From positions 51,832,001 to 51,896,000 of the forward strand of contig OZ024741.1 in NCBI GenBank assembly GCA_964016885.1: 64,000 nt of DNA, in the 5' to 3' direction. Under the pieces are notes generated by a model. That model had not been told where the DNA came from. It saw only the letters and a list, made by a program, of their open reading frames with translations, and did not search any database. The position numbers and the translations under genes were made by a program. The stretch comes from Eledone cirrhosa. Lineage: Eukaryota. Shown piece after piece: positions 38,555 through 51,116 of this stretch (its first letter is position 1; each line of letters begins with the position of its first letter).

Positions 38555-39065
38555 CCCCCACCTACCCCCCACTCTCCTGAGCGTGAATTTAATAAACATT
38601 TATTGTACTGCCTCTCTGTTCTGTCCCTGTTCAAATTTTTCATTATATATAACACACGCTCACACGGCTTCCATCCTTGGAACATAACTTAATAACCGGC
38701 TCAACCCCGATCTAATCCGCCGTGACCTTTCTCCGAACTTTACACACCTTCCCACACTTGGTCTTTCCTTCCACGCATTACCTCTGTTTGATTTTGTTAC
38801 CGTACCTTTTTTTCCGTATAAGATTCTTTGCCTGTGTTCTTACAATTGTATTTCTATGATATTTTGTTCACGATCGCCTGTGTTATTACCTTTATGATTT
38901 TTTGTCTTTAATTTTCCTGTGTTTACTCCCCCCTCCCTACGTTTTTCTGTTTCTTTTTCACTTCCCCGTCTCTGCCTATCCTTCGCACTCACCCCTTCGT
39001 TCACTCCACCCCGCTTCACACCCCCGCCCTCTCATCCCTCCCCTTGCTTTCACCCAACGCCCATC

Positions 39066-41826
39066 ATGCCCAACCTGAGATCCTTTCTCCACCAACTCCA
39101 CAATCGCCTCAAACTTTTCCTCACCCCCCTCCTTCCACCCTGCTATCTCCCCTCCGCCCTTCAACTCTCCTACCTTCTCTTCGCCAAAACCCGGCACTCC
39201 AGCCACATCCATTTCCTCAGCCACTGCCTCCGCCTCCACCTTATCCCCCTCGGCTTCCGCCTACACTTCCACCCCTCCCCCGCTGCTTCCCCCTCCACGC
39301 AACGTATCCTCACCCGATCCTCACGCCTTCTGATGCGCAACTCCATCCGCGCCTCCCGTTCCACCCTCCGCCTACTTGACCACCAACTGACCCCCACCCA
39401 CCTCCGCCTTTACTCCACCTGCCACCCCCTCCTCGCCCAAGCCATCCTCTCCTTCATCCACAACATCTTCTCGTTCCTCCACCAAAGCCCGCAAGCTACA
39501 CTCACTCCTTCCCCCCCACATCCACCACCACCCGCCCATCCCCATACGCCCATCACTCTCCACCTCTCCCCCGACCCACACCCCTACCCAATCTCCACCC
39601 TCCACCCTCCACCTCACCCCTCACCACACCCTCCCTTCCCTCCCCAAACCCCCAAACCCCACCCCTTGTTGTCACCATACCCCCTGACCTCCCCCTCTCC
39701 GCACCTGAGCGCTCACTCCTTAGTAGAGGCCTTCGCTTCATACTCCACACTCCGCACAGCGACGAGTTCCGCACCCGAACGGAAGTCGAGCGATTCGTGC
39801 GACGCACTAAGCTACAGGCACATTTCGGCCGAACGCCACCGGCTCCGGACGCCCCAGACCCGTTTCTCGCCCTGGGCCGACGACCATCTTCTTGGACGCC
39901 GGCCCCAGGGCAATTTAGCACCCTGGACGCCTTCGTCGATGCCAGCCGTAGCGCAGTAAATCGTTTCGACTTCCGCCACCGTTCCAAACGGCACAATATC
40001 TCACGGGGCGAACTCCTCGCTCTCCGCTCCCTCCGTAGCCGAGATGACATCGTCATCAAACCGGCGGACAAGGGAGGCGCCGTGGTGGTATGGCGCGCGG
40101 ACCTCTACACGGCCGAAGCCCTCAGGCAGCTCTGTAACCCCCTCTTTTACCGCCCTCTACCCTCCGATCCCACCCCCCTCTACCAACAACAAGTCTCCTC
40201 CACCATCAAAGACCTTATCGCCTCCTCCCTCCTCCCCCCCACCGCTTCCCACCTCATCGTCCGCACCCCCCGCACCCCCACCATCTACTTCCTCCCCAAA
40301 CTCCACAAACCCGACAACCCCGGCCGCCCCATCGTCTCCGCTTGCAACTGCCCCACCGAACTCATCTCCGCCTTTCTCGACTCCCTCCTCGCCCCCCTTG
40401 TCACCACCCTCCCCTCCCACATCTCCGACACCAACCACGCCCTGCGCCTTTTCGACTCCTTCACCTACCTACCCGGCCCTCAGCCATTCCTCTTCACCCT
40501 AGACATCAAGTCCCTCTATACCGTCATCCCCCACGCCGACGGCCTTCGCGCCCTCAAACACTACCTCGACCTTCGCCCCTCCCCCATTCCCTCCACCCCC
40601 ACCCTCCTTCGCCTCGCCGAGCTGGTCCTCACCCTAAATTGTTTCTCCTTCTCGGGTGAGTTTTACCAACAGGTCACGGGGGTAGCCATGGGCACAAGAA
40701 TGGGCCCGAACTATGCTAACCCTTTTGTTGGCCATGTTGAGGCCCAAATCTTTGCCCAGTACACCGGCCCCACGCCCGAACTGTACGGTCGTTACATTGA
40801 CGACTGTATCGGAGCCACGACCCTCACCCGAGAACAGCTCGACTCCTTTCTCTCCTTCTTCTGCTCCTTCCACCCCTCCCTCCACTTCACCACCTCTATC
40901 TCCACCACCCACGTCCACTTCTTAGACATCTCCGTCGCCTTCGACCCCTCCCACCACTCCCTCGTCACCTCCGCCTTCTTCAAACCCACCGACTCCCACT
41001 CTTACCTCGACTTCACCTCTTCCCACCCCACCCACACTAAACTCTCCATTCCCTAGTGATGCTGACTTTGAGTCCCAGGCCCTTTCCCTAGTCAACCATT
41101 TCATCCGCAGAGGTTACCCCCCCCCCCCCTCTCGTCTACACCGCTCTCACCCGCGCCCGTGCTATCCCCCGCTCCACCACCCTCACCCCACGCCACCGCA
41201 CACCCACCCACCGTCTCCCCTTCCCCATCACCTACCACCCCTCCACCTTACCCCTCCACCGCACCATCCGCCGCCTCTTCCGACGCCTCCAGTCCGACCC
41301 CTCCACCTCCCACATCTTCCCAACCCCACCACTCCCCTCCTTCAAACGCGCACGCAATCTCCGCACCCTCCTCGTCCACAGCTCCCTACCCCCCTGCTCT
41401 GCCCCCCCCGGTTCCTTCCCCTGTTCTAGGCCCCGCTGCAACACCTGTCCCCACATCACCAACACCACCACCTTCCAGGGTCCCAACGGCCACTCTCTCT
41501 CGGTCCGGCATGCCTTCCGCTGCACCTCCTCCAACCTAGTTTACGGACTTCGCTGCACGGAGTGCAGCGCGACTTATGTCGGACAGACGGGACGTCGCCT
41601 GGCGGACCGAGTCACGGAGCACCTCCGGGATATTCGTCTCGGGGGCAGTTCCCCCATCGCCCGCCACTTTGGTGGCCCTGGACACTCCGCACGCCATCTC
41701 ACAGTCTGTGGCCTACTCCAGTGCCACGGAACACCCGCCCATCGCCTTACGGTCGAACAACGAACTATCTTCATCTTACAGACCCACACTCCCCCCGGCC
41801 TGAACTCCCCACCCTTATTCCTTTAG
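39066..41826 (+). pseudogene. Penelope (Neptune-type) RT-GIY-YIG polyprotein, disrupted
   Basis: N-terminal HIHFLSHC..LIP.G; LLSRGL; IKPADKGGAVVV, LPKLHK, GRPIVS, LDIKSLYT, GVAMG, RYIDD, FLD; linker CSRPRCNTC; VYGLRC..C..TYVGQTGRRL..R..EH, PGLN, stop 41824-41826. Lesions at about 39480, about 41055 (deletion) and the poly-C at about 41120. Confidence 0.9.
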
Positions 41827-43196
41827 CGTTCGACCGCCCCCTCCCCCCACACTTATCCCCCACTAACACACCCCTCCTTTTCACCGCCCACCCCACACTA
41901 ACAATACTAACACCTCCACTCCACCCCTCATCTGACCACCCTTCCCCAACTAACATATTAACATCCCTTCCCTCCCCTCTTCTCCTCCTCCCCCCTCCTT
42001 ATCACACGCACACACGCACCCACTTACACCACCCACGCCACACGCAACTAACATCACTAACACCCCCCAACCCCACGCACACGTACCCACACACCCTCGT
42101 ACACCACCAACTCTACACACCCTACCACCACTAACCCCCACTCACACCTGCATTCCACCCCTCCCCACCTCCCGTATATTAACACCCACTAACACCTCTT
42201 CACCAAACTACACACACACCAGTACACCACACTCCCTCCATAGAACCACACACACCCTTCTCTCCCCGCTCCACCCACACCCCCGCTCCACACTCACTCA
42301 TCCCACTAACACCCCTACTAATACACACACACACACACACACACACCCTCCTCACTCCAACTCTCACACCTACCCATCCTCGCCTCCCTACCATTCCACC
42401 GACTGCTGCTATGCCCTTCTGACCACCTCCCAGCACCAACTGACCACAGCACTCCCACTGCTGACCACTTCCTGTTGCGCGTGCACCCCACATCTCCCCT
42501 CTTCCGACCACCGCTTCATGGATTACCCACACGCAGAAATTGACTTATAACCAAATCTCCAAACATCCTTGGAACTTACCAACTTTTCAACCATCCTCTT
42601 ACATCATCACCTATATAACTCACCCACACACACACCCCAAAAAATGTTTTTTCTCCACACGCCACCCACACACACAACACGCTTAAACCCCACACACACG
42701 TGCTTCCCACCACATATTTACACCCTCAGCCCCCCGATTCCTCTCCCCCCCACCCCCTATCCACACACGCACAGACACTCCGACCCACAAAAACACCCCC
42801 CACACACACCTCTTCCTGAACATGCAACCCCGTTCTTCCCTCAACCCTCACTTTCACATACACACACACACACACACACGCACATCTACACACACACCAC
42901 CTTCAGCCCTCCCCGCTCGGACACCCCGTCTCCCTCTCCCCACTCCACCCGCCACCACCCCTACTCACCCCACACCCTTCCACCACCTGTTTACCCCCCT
43001 TTTAATTTCAGTTTATTTTGATCATGCCTTTATTTTAAAATTTTCTCATTCCTTGTATTTTGATCATGCTTTATTTTTATTTTTTTATATTTTTTGTCTT
43101 TATTTGTTAATTTTTCATTCGCACCGTTTCCTTTCGCTATATGTCTCTCCACCACTCCCCTACACACCTTTTGAACTCTGTTCCCACCCACTTCTC

Positions 43197-43228
43197 ACCT
43201 GAGGAAGGGCTTATGCCCGAAACGTCGT
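43197..43228 (+). ncRNA. Minimal hammerhead ribozyme (3' pLTR)
   Basis: Identical to 38523-38554. Confidence 0.8.
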
Positions 43229-43343
43229 CCCCCACCTACCCCCCACTCTCCTGAGCGTGAATTTAATAAACATTTATTGTACTGCCTCTCTGTTCTGTCC
43301 CTGTTCAAATTTTTTATTATATATATAATATACATACATATAT

Positions 43344-44694
43344 CTATATATATAAAACTGTGGTTGTCTGTCTGTCTATCGATTTTTGGCACACATCTCC
43401 TCTTAGAATCTCTCACGGAATTGCACCGAAATTGCTATACTTGTACATTGAGCCCTAGCGAAGACATCAGAAAAAAAATATTTCAAATTGACCCACCCTA
43501 TGTGACGAAATCGAATATAATGTATCGATTTTTGAGCGTAAGATATCAGTTATTTCCCTTTGTTCTGTTTACATTGAGCGTCTTACGTAAAAAATTACGC
43601 TGGCTTTCTCAGCGTTTAAAATGACATTAACACAATACACGAACAGTTGTCGAGCCAGCAAAATATTGACCTGCAAAATTCATCAGTTCGAACACTAAGC
43701 TTCCGTTTTGCTTCATTTCCATTTAAAAGCATTTTAAAACAATATTTTTACTTGAAAACAAGTCTATTTAAAGACTACCTAAAACAATCTATATATATAA
43801 AACTGTGGTTGTCTGTCTATCGATTTTTGGCACACATCTCCTCTTAGAATCTCTGACGGAATTGCACCGAAATTGCTATACTTGTACATTGAGCCCTAGC
43901 GAAGACATCGGAAAAAGAATATTTCAAATTGACCCACCCTATGTGACGAAATCGAATATAATGTATCGATTTTTGAGCGTAAGTTATCAGTTATTTCCCT
44001 TTGTTCTGTTTACATTGAGCGTCTTACGTAAAAAATTACGCTGGCTTTCTCAGCGTTTAAAATGACATTAACACAATACACGAACAGTTGTCGAGCCAGC
44101 AAAATATTGACCTGCAAAATTCATCAGTTCGAACACTAAGCTTCCGTTTTGCTTCATTTCCATTTAAAAGCATTTTAAAACAATATTTTTACTTGAAAAC
44201 GAGTCTATTTAAAGACTACGTAAAACAAGCAAATATTTCGTCGTTAGGCGTGCAGACAGACAGTCGTGCAGACAGACAGTCGTGCAGAGAGGTGATATAC
44301 GCGTGCAGACAGATAGTCGTGCAGAGAGGTGATATAGGCGTGCAGACAGACAGTCGTGCAGAGAGGTGATATAGGCGTGCAGACAGACATAACTGATAAT
44401 TTGGTTACGCTAATGTTTTTCTCTGCGTTGCAGTGTTTACATTTTCGATCTTTGTTAATAAATAACCAGTGCAGTTTCTATCCCCAGCATCCTCTTTTGT
44501 TATAACATTCGGGTTATCGTTATGTTTTCTTAACTCCATAAGGCATATTGTTGGTTGAGGGAATATTAATCAAAAACACCACATGCAAGTCTGCACAGTA
44601 GACACTACAGTTTTTAAGCCAAGAAAGAAACTTAACATTGTAACTTTAACACAGCTACTGAGCGACCCCGAGCAACGCCGGGCTTTACTGCTAG
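43344..44694 (+). mobile_element. Non-autonomous Helitron with a tandemly duplicated 5' end
   Basis: 5' TCTATATATATAAAA..CTGTCTGT; duplication of about 440 bp (43344-43787 / 43788-44227); internal minisatellite at 44250-44390; 3' hairpin CCCG..CGGG then CTAG (44691-44694); A|T target. Confidence 0.82.
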
Positions 44695-44733
44695 TATATT
44701 ATATACATGTGTATATATATATATATAATATAC

Positions 44734-44805
<72 letters not shown>

Positions 44806-44826
44806 GTGTAGGTATATATTATATAC

Positions 44827-44886
<60 letters not shown>

Positions 44887-44902
44887 CATGTGTGTGTGTC
44901 TA

Positions 44903-44944
<42 letters not shown>

Positions 44945-44980
44945 ATATAGTAAGAATATTTTCGAAACACCGAGTGGGTT

Positions 44981-45266
44981 TGAAATTATTAAAAATGTAA
45001 GCTATCGCCGTATTTTGACTAAAGAAATTATTTAGCCTGATAGTGGGGTTAAGAACCCTCGGAGAAATGGAAAAAGATGAGTATTGACGTACATGGGAGT
45101 CGAACCCACATCTTTGGTTATCTCCCATGTGGGTTCGACTCCCATGTACGTCAATACTCATTTTTTCCATTTTCTCCGAGGGTTCTTAACCCCACTATCA
45201 GGCTAAATAATTTCTTTAATTTCTTTAGTCAAAATACGGCGATAGCTTACATTTCTAATAATTTCA
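44981..45266. repeat. Fold-back with arms of about 130 bp, containing a tRNA-like B box
   Basis: 44981-45111 is the reverse complement of 45127-45266 (one 9-bp indel); 15-nt loop; GGTTCGACTCC. Confidence 0.9.
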
Positions 45267-45461
45267 TATATATATATATATAATATACATATATAATATA
45301 CATACATGTATGTATATATATATACATATGTACATATGGGTTATATCGAACATTAGTAATAATGTTCGATTCATTTGTAAACAAACACCTCGATTTGAAG
45401 CTGTGCTGTGTCGGTGACCGATCGTCACCTGTTTGTTCAACACTGGCTTTGAGGAACAATC

Positions 45462-45492
45462 AACATGTTTCTGGTTCATTACCCTTCATCAG
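45462..45492 (-). ncRNA. Minimal hammerhead motif, stem I eroded (copy at 63221-63251)
   Basis: CTGATGA-ag-ggt-aatga-acc-a-GAAA-cat-GTT; positionally homologous to the HHR at 29797-29839. Confidence 0.55.
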
Positions 45493-45862
45493 CACTCTAC
45501 CTGTCTGTTGAACAGTTGAAAATATATAGTATTTTCTTAAGTACGCATCAGCTGAGTAGCCACATTTGCATACCGGAGAAGTTACGGCCGTCCTTGCCGA
45601 ATATTAAAAATAAAATTACACACATGTATTTGATCGATGATGATCTAGTTATATTTAGTTATCTTTCATTTAATTCTAGTTGAAAGCTTTGGTTTTTGAG
45701 GCTCTGAGAATTCTTTTGTTCTCTCACCTGAAAATAACCACCAAAAACTTTCAACTAGTTGACTTCCTCCTTTGAGTAAGGTCACCTGACTACAGACCGG
45801 ATTACTGCTACACTACAGCAAGCAGCATGAAATTCTGTCGTACATATAAATAATGAAACCTG

Positions 45863-45957
45863 CAGATGAAGGAACTCCTGTTCAAGCATAGAAGTGCACA
45901 TGTATTACTTGTGCATTATATAACTTATATAACTTCCAGGGGTTCCAGAAACCTATC
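45863..45957 (+). ncRNA. Possible decayed hammerhead with long stem II (copy at 63600-63694)
   Basis: CAGATGA-a-ggaactcctg...caggggttcc-a-GAAAC; core U4 is mutated and stem III is poor. Confidence 0.35.
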
Positions 45958-46227
45958 TGAGATTTTATCGACTATATCGATTTTAATCAATCAGAGATGG
46001 TCCAGGTATGAAAAACCTTTTCCTATATATCGTTATTTTGTTGTATGTATAGTTTGTATCTTTAGTTGGTTCTCTTGGTGTCACATTTTATAACTATGGT
46101 GTTTAACTCGGGACTTAATGTTTGCTTTTAGCTTTTGATCCATTGAGTGCTCTGTGATTGCCTCAAAACAAATCGAATAGTACAAGCTGTACTGCAGCTG
46201 AAGTTTGATTTACAAATATTATATATA

Positions 46228-47229
46228 TCTATATATATAAAGTTGTAGTTCCTGTCTGTTTGTTTGTTTTTCACAAACTCCTCTTATGCTTTTGGAGATA
46301 GACGACCCCCATAACCATATATATTCTAAAACTACATTGCCCAGGGATAATTATATTTCATTTTAATCAAAGAGTTCCTCACTGAAAACCCCTGCTGAAA
46401 ATGTTTTCCCTTCGATTTATATGAAACTTAAACCATAGGTAAATGACAAGATATGATGCCTATTCACAAAATTTCAGCAAATTTCAATAATATTAAGACA
46501 CCCTAATGAGGGTTAAACCCCCTATAGTGAACATTTTGGCCAATAAATGGAACAAGGTGTGTTGTAACAAGATAGTATGAGAACTTGATTGAAGCAACCA
46601 TTATATTTGAGGCTTACAAAGGTGAAGCTCTTCTCATTCCAAGGATTCCACTTATACCAAGTGATAGCAAGTTGCCTTTTAGATTTAAGAGGCTGCAGTT
46701 CCCAGTGAGGCCATGCTTTGCCATGAGCATCAATAAGAGTCAAGGTCAAACTTTCAAAACTATTGGTATATATCTGACAAACCCATGTTTTATGTGGCTG
46801 TTTCAAGGACTGGAACTTCAAAAAATCTCTACATTTTAGCCAATCAAAGAAAGAAGTTCTTCATTAGGACAAAGTATGAAATATATGTTCATGTATTTAT
46901 TATGTTAAAAAATAAATAATTAAACTTTGAATTTCTAATTTGAAAATAATGCTTTACACACAAATGAAATGATCAAGTTTTGAATTGATATTTTGAAAAA
47001 AATTATTTACAAGAAACAAAATAAGAATAAGATTTAATAATATAATTTTGATTTGATATATTACAAAAAATGTTTTCCAATTTTTCATGCATTACATTTT
47101 ACATTGAGTAATATTGAAATGCAGAGTTTTTCTGCATAAATTATATCACTGATTTAAAATCAATCATCATTTTCTTACAAAAAAAAAAAAATGTGTGAAA
47201 TGCAGCAAAATGTGCGGGTAATTCGGCTA

Positions 47230-47230
<1 letters not shown>
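46228..47230 (+). mobile_element. Internally deleted Helitron retaining a Pif1-type helicase C-terminal fragment
   Basis: 5' TCTATATATATAAAG..CTGTCTGTTTG; 46585-46839 IPRIPLIPSD..PFRFKRLQFPVRPCFAMSINKSQGQT; decayed 3' end ..GCGGGTAATTCGGCTA. Confidence 0.82.
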
Positions 47231-47260
<30 letters not shown>

Positions 47261-47279
47261 TAAAACACCATATTATTTA

Positions 47280-47340
47280 TTCATTCTGACGACTGAAGAC
47301 AGACATAACATCTGCCTTCAAGAAACCACTGGTAAATGAA
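47280..47340 (+). ncRNA. Type I hammerhead ribozyme, apparently intact
   Basis: ttcatt-CTGACGA-c-tgaagacaga-cataaca-tctgccttca-a-GAAA-ccactg-GTA-aatgaa. Confidence 0.82.
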
Positions 47341-48016
47341 ATAATTATCTTATGTTGTTTATTACATAACTAATAAGCTCTGTAACCTACATAGAGCACT
47401 CTTTTTTCCTGGACCTTTCCGACGGAAATACTTCATTTATATATATTTATATATATACACCTACTTATCTGTCTATCTGTTTATTTATCAATATTTTTAT
47501 GTATGTGAGTGTGTATCTATCCATCTACCTATATGTCTAATCCTATCTCAGTATATTTCTTTGCTGCTGACATATCCAACAATTGCTCTCCATCCTTCTA
47601 AATGGTGCTGCTGCCTTAAGAAGAAACAACACCCAATGGACATGAGCAAATGGATTGCTTTAACTGTTCACAGTGCAAGAATCAGAAGCTATGGTAAGAA
47701 AAGACCAGGGGATCAAATATAATTGTTGGCTTTACGAAATAAGAAATAAATAAGAAACAGCTATATTCTTTTATTCATTTACCAATTTCAGCCAGTATAT
47801 GACTGTGACCATGCTGGAGCACTGTCATCATTGTGTTTGTGTATATTTATATGTTGTGTGTAAAATATTTGTTTCTATGTGTATGAATGTGTGTACCATT
47901 GTATGTGTATATCATTGTGTTTATGTATGTATATTTGTGTGTATGAATATTTTTGTATGCAAATGAATGCATGTGATGTGTGCATATGAATGCATGTATT
48001 TCATTAATTTTTACAG

Positions 48017-48051
48017 TCCATACATTAGGTGTGGTGGATCCACAGATAACA
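48017..48051 (+). CDS. Candidate 35-nt host-gene micro-exon
   Basis: ttaatttttacag acceptor and gtaagt donor; two open frames (HTLGVVDPQIT or PYIRCGGSTDN). No other support. Confidence 0.3.
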
Positions 48052-48144
48052 GTAAGTAAAAGCCAGGTGCAGTTTGATCATGATAAGGTTTAGACCGGCA
48101 ATTAATTGACAGTCATTAGAAAGAAATTCTGTTGAAGATAATAA

Positions 48145-48360
48145 TGATTTCTTATATAGGCACAATGCCAGCAAATTTTTTTTTGGGGGGTGTCGATAAA
48201 ATCGACCCCAGTGCGTGACTGGTACTTTATTTTATCGACCCCGTAAGGATGAAAGGCAAAGTTAACCTCGGCGGGATTTGAACTCAGATCATAAAAGGAC
48301 GTAACTCTATGCTGCAAAGCATGGCGTCCGACCCTCTACCGATACTGCCACTCCACCGCC
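48145..48360 (-). mobile_element. Meta-domain-like tRNA SINE, full length, with probable TSD
   Basis: Same family as 20080-20270; flanked by the direct repeat CTGTTGAAGATAATAATGA (48129-48147, 48363-48381). Confidence 0.85.
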
Positions 48361-49059
48361 CTCTGTTGAAGATAATAATGAAAAATCAACAGAATGTAGT
48401 GCTAACTTTAGAATCCAATATTAAAGGTTTCATATTAATAGGTAAGAAATGCATTTTTCTAAACCTCCTTTAAGCAATGACGATTATATGAAACTGTGTT
48501 TTACATTTTCTGATTAAAGAAATCTTTGTCCCCAATGTTTGGTCTGTGGAAATATACTTGAAAAAGAAATTATGGTGCTGAATAAATTAAAGGGCCATTT
48601 TGCTTCCAAACATTATCATTTGTTAGAAAAATTATTCAAACACTAAGGTAATTTTGAAATCTATTTAGAGGCAATCTGCAGTATTTCCCAAGAATTGAAA
48701 ACATCACATAAAGTTCAAGAAATAAGTTACTTAGTTGTTCAAATAGTAACCAAAAATAAGTGGCCACGTATTATTGCTGAAACCATTATAAAACATTTTT
48801 GTTGTTAGGTAGCTCAAACAATGCTTCACCTTGAATTTGAATTTGATTAAAAAAGTTTCCTTTAACAGGTAATATGATTGGATGACAGATTCAAATTGTC
48901 TGAAAGTATCAAAATTCAACTGAAATATATTTTTTCAAATGATAAAAAGATATGACCAAAGATAAAGGTTGGTGATATTATGGGTAATGACCAAAAGAAT
49001 ACGATCGTGAATACAAATGGCCAAAATGGGATTCCTCCAAAGGGTCATTGGAATAATTT

Positions 49060-49372
49060 TACTTGATCAAGTGTGTAGCTTGGAGATCAGAGAGTCACTC
49101 CAGGTAGAGCTGCTACTTCTCTAAATTGAGAGATCACAGTTCTGATACTATGGGCATGTGGTTAGAATGTCTCAGAAAATAATTGCTGGACTGATTTTAT
49201 GGGCAAAACCAACCGGTTAGAGACCCAGGGGTAGACCCCTGAGCAAGATGGTTGGATAACATCCATGAGCTTAGCTGGTCCCACTTGGAGATGATTGCTT
49301 CTGACAGGACCCTCTGGAAGGAGTGTTTGAGGAATCTCCCCCCATGACCCTCTCAGGACAAAGAAGAAGATA
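49060..49372 (+). mobile_element. Old RTE (Rex3/Expander-like) 3' remnant
   Basis: ..LLL.IERSQ...YGHVVRM..G.RPRGRP..W pattern and an AAG tail. Confidence 0.55.
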
Positions 49373-49971
49373 AAAAATATTTGTACTGCAACTATATAAG
49401 TCAACAGATGTAAGTGGGTTAACTCAACTCTTGGTTTTGTTACTTATAAGTCAACAAAATTCTAGAGCAATCCTTGTGTTGTCAAAAATTTGTTTGAAAA
49501 CTATTCCAATTTTTAGATTGTTTCATGAAAGTAGACAATTTACTATGGATAGATTGTGTAAGATGATGTACAGATGGTGCATCCTCAATGACTTCACCAA
49601 AAGACTTCACAGCTTTGGAAAAAACGATAATGAAAATAACCATTGTTTTTATACCAAGAGGTATGAATTTCAAAACAACTGGAACTCAACTGAAAGTTGC
49701 TATCAAAATAGTGGTGAAAACGGTCCAACTTCTTAAAATCAAAGTGTTTTGCTTGTGAAGAGATAGGAGAAAAGTTTCAAAACATTTTCTTCTCTGAAGT
49801 TGTGTGCTTTGTCATGTTTACAATTTAGAAAAAATAATGTTTAACCCTTTAGCATTTACATTACTCTATATTTGCTATTATATTTTCACAGTAAAGGCTT
49901 TACCTCACATAATATCGAATCTCTGAGATTTTGATGTTATTTATTTTGTAGAACAATACCTTAACATCAGT

Positions 49972-50002
<31 letters not shown>

Positions 50003-50105
50003 CCGTTTTATGTCCGTTCTCCCACGCTAGCATGGGTTAGACGGGTTGTCCTGTTGTGGGCAGTGTCCGGTCAGCTGACCTTGTCTTGTTCATACGGGAA
50101 CTGTA

Positions 50106-50134
<29 letters not shown>

Positions 50135-50141
<7 letters not shown>

Positions 50142-50440
50142 TAATAAAATAACAGGAGGCTGGACTTGTGTAAATCCTTGGAAGGTTTATTATACTATGA
50201 TCATTTCAATGACCGGGTTCCGTATGAATCCGGTGACATCAGGTATTCGAAATATAACAAAGGAATATAACAGACAAAATCCATGGGGCTGAAAATCATA
50301 AACAAGAGGACGACCGACCATCTAGCATCTTCTACTTTAGTCGGTGGCCCTCAAGTGTGGGCTATTCGGTCTACTTATGACCATCTGGTGAGGGGGCAAA
50401 AGCTTATAATGTATTACTACCTTCCCGTCAAAAAGAAGAA
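50135..50440 (-). mobile_element. Second copy of the 1950-2220 HHR-bearing repeat
   Basis: Reverse-complement homology; the HHR at 50192-50246 has a 3-nt core deletion but a perfect ATGATCAT stem III. Confidence 0.65.
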
Positions 50441-50734
50441 AGAAAGAAGAAAAGTCAGCGTTAAGGTCATGCTACAATCAGGTTAGAGATTGCTGCGAAA
50501 AATGTTTTCTTTAACTGAATTTCACAACCCAAACTTTCATTTCATTTCATTTCATTTTATTCTCAATGATTATAACATGGAAACCTATCGAAAATGATTA
50601 ACTTTGTAGAAAAAAGAGGGCAGAAAGTGGTCGGAAAGAACATTAATAAAGCTAGTTGCTTTTGATTGAAGTGGAAGTCATATTTGTTGTTAATATGCTA
50701 AACAAATAGTCGACTGTGAGTATCTTTGAAGTCG

Positions 50735-51062
50735 AACAGACTGAGTGGGCAATGTCATCAACAACCAGTAAGAAAAGGAGTGAGCCAAGTGGGTCCCCTT
50801 GTTGAACACTCGTGCAGAGATGATCTGCTTGTCATCAGCCATGATTGTATTGAGTGTCACATAAGAGATGTGTGAGAGAGTGCATTGAGAGAGAACTTCT
50901 TCGACACATTTCTAAAATGTGATCCCGCCTAAAACTGATGAAGGCGTGCATGTCAAGCTTCACTAGATGAGGTGAGGAAAGAGGCTCTATGAAGAACCTG
51001 GCCACAAAAGATGACACCTGGCATCTACACTTAACCCCCACTCCAAAGGAGACAAGACTTTC
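50735..51062 (-). mobile_element. CRE-like reverse transcriptase fragment
   Basis: FGVGVK.., LVKLDMHAF.SFRRDH.L, SCTSVQQGDPLGSLLF. Confidence 0.6.
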
Positions 51063-51078
51063 TTGTGTGTGTGTGTGT

Positions 51079-51116
<38 letters not shown>

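Larger units (their letters stand above)
37824..43325 (+). mobile_element. Penelope-like element, Neptune-type, full-length with direct pLTR repeats
   Basis: Near-identical direct repeats of about 830 bp (37824-38650 and 42498-43325), each with an HHR and AATAAA, flank a single RT-GIY-YIG ORF. Confidence 0.93.
45320..46225. repeat. Segment of about 900 bp duplicated at 63080-63960
   Basis: Near-identical by eye apart from one indel of about 22 bp near 45752-45773. Confidence 0.92.

Noticed and set aside
45112-45160. tRNA gene
   Set aside because: Only box-like motifs are present; no cloverleaf.
47590-47715. Exon-like stretch ending in G|GTAAG
   Set aside because: Looks like a decayed RTE C-terminus (GH..RM..G.RP pattern); no good acceptor or open frame.
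48400-49850. Possible DNA-transposase remnants
   Set aside because: No motif could be identified with confidence.
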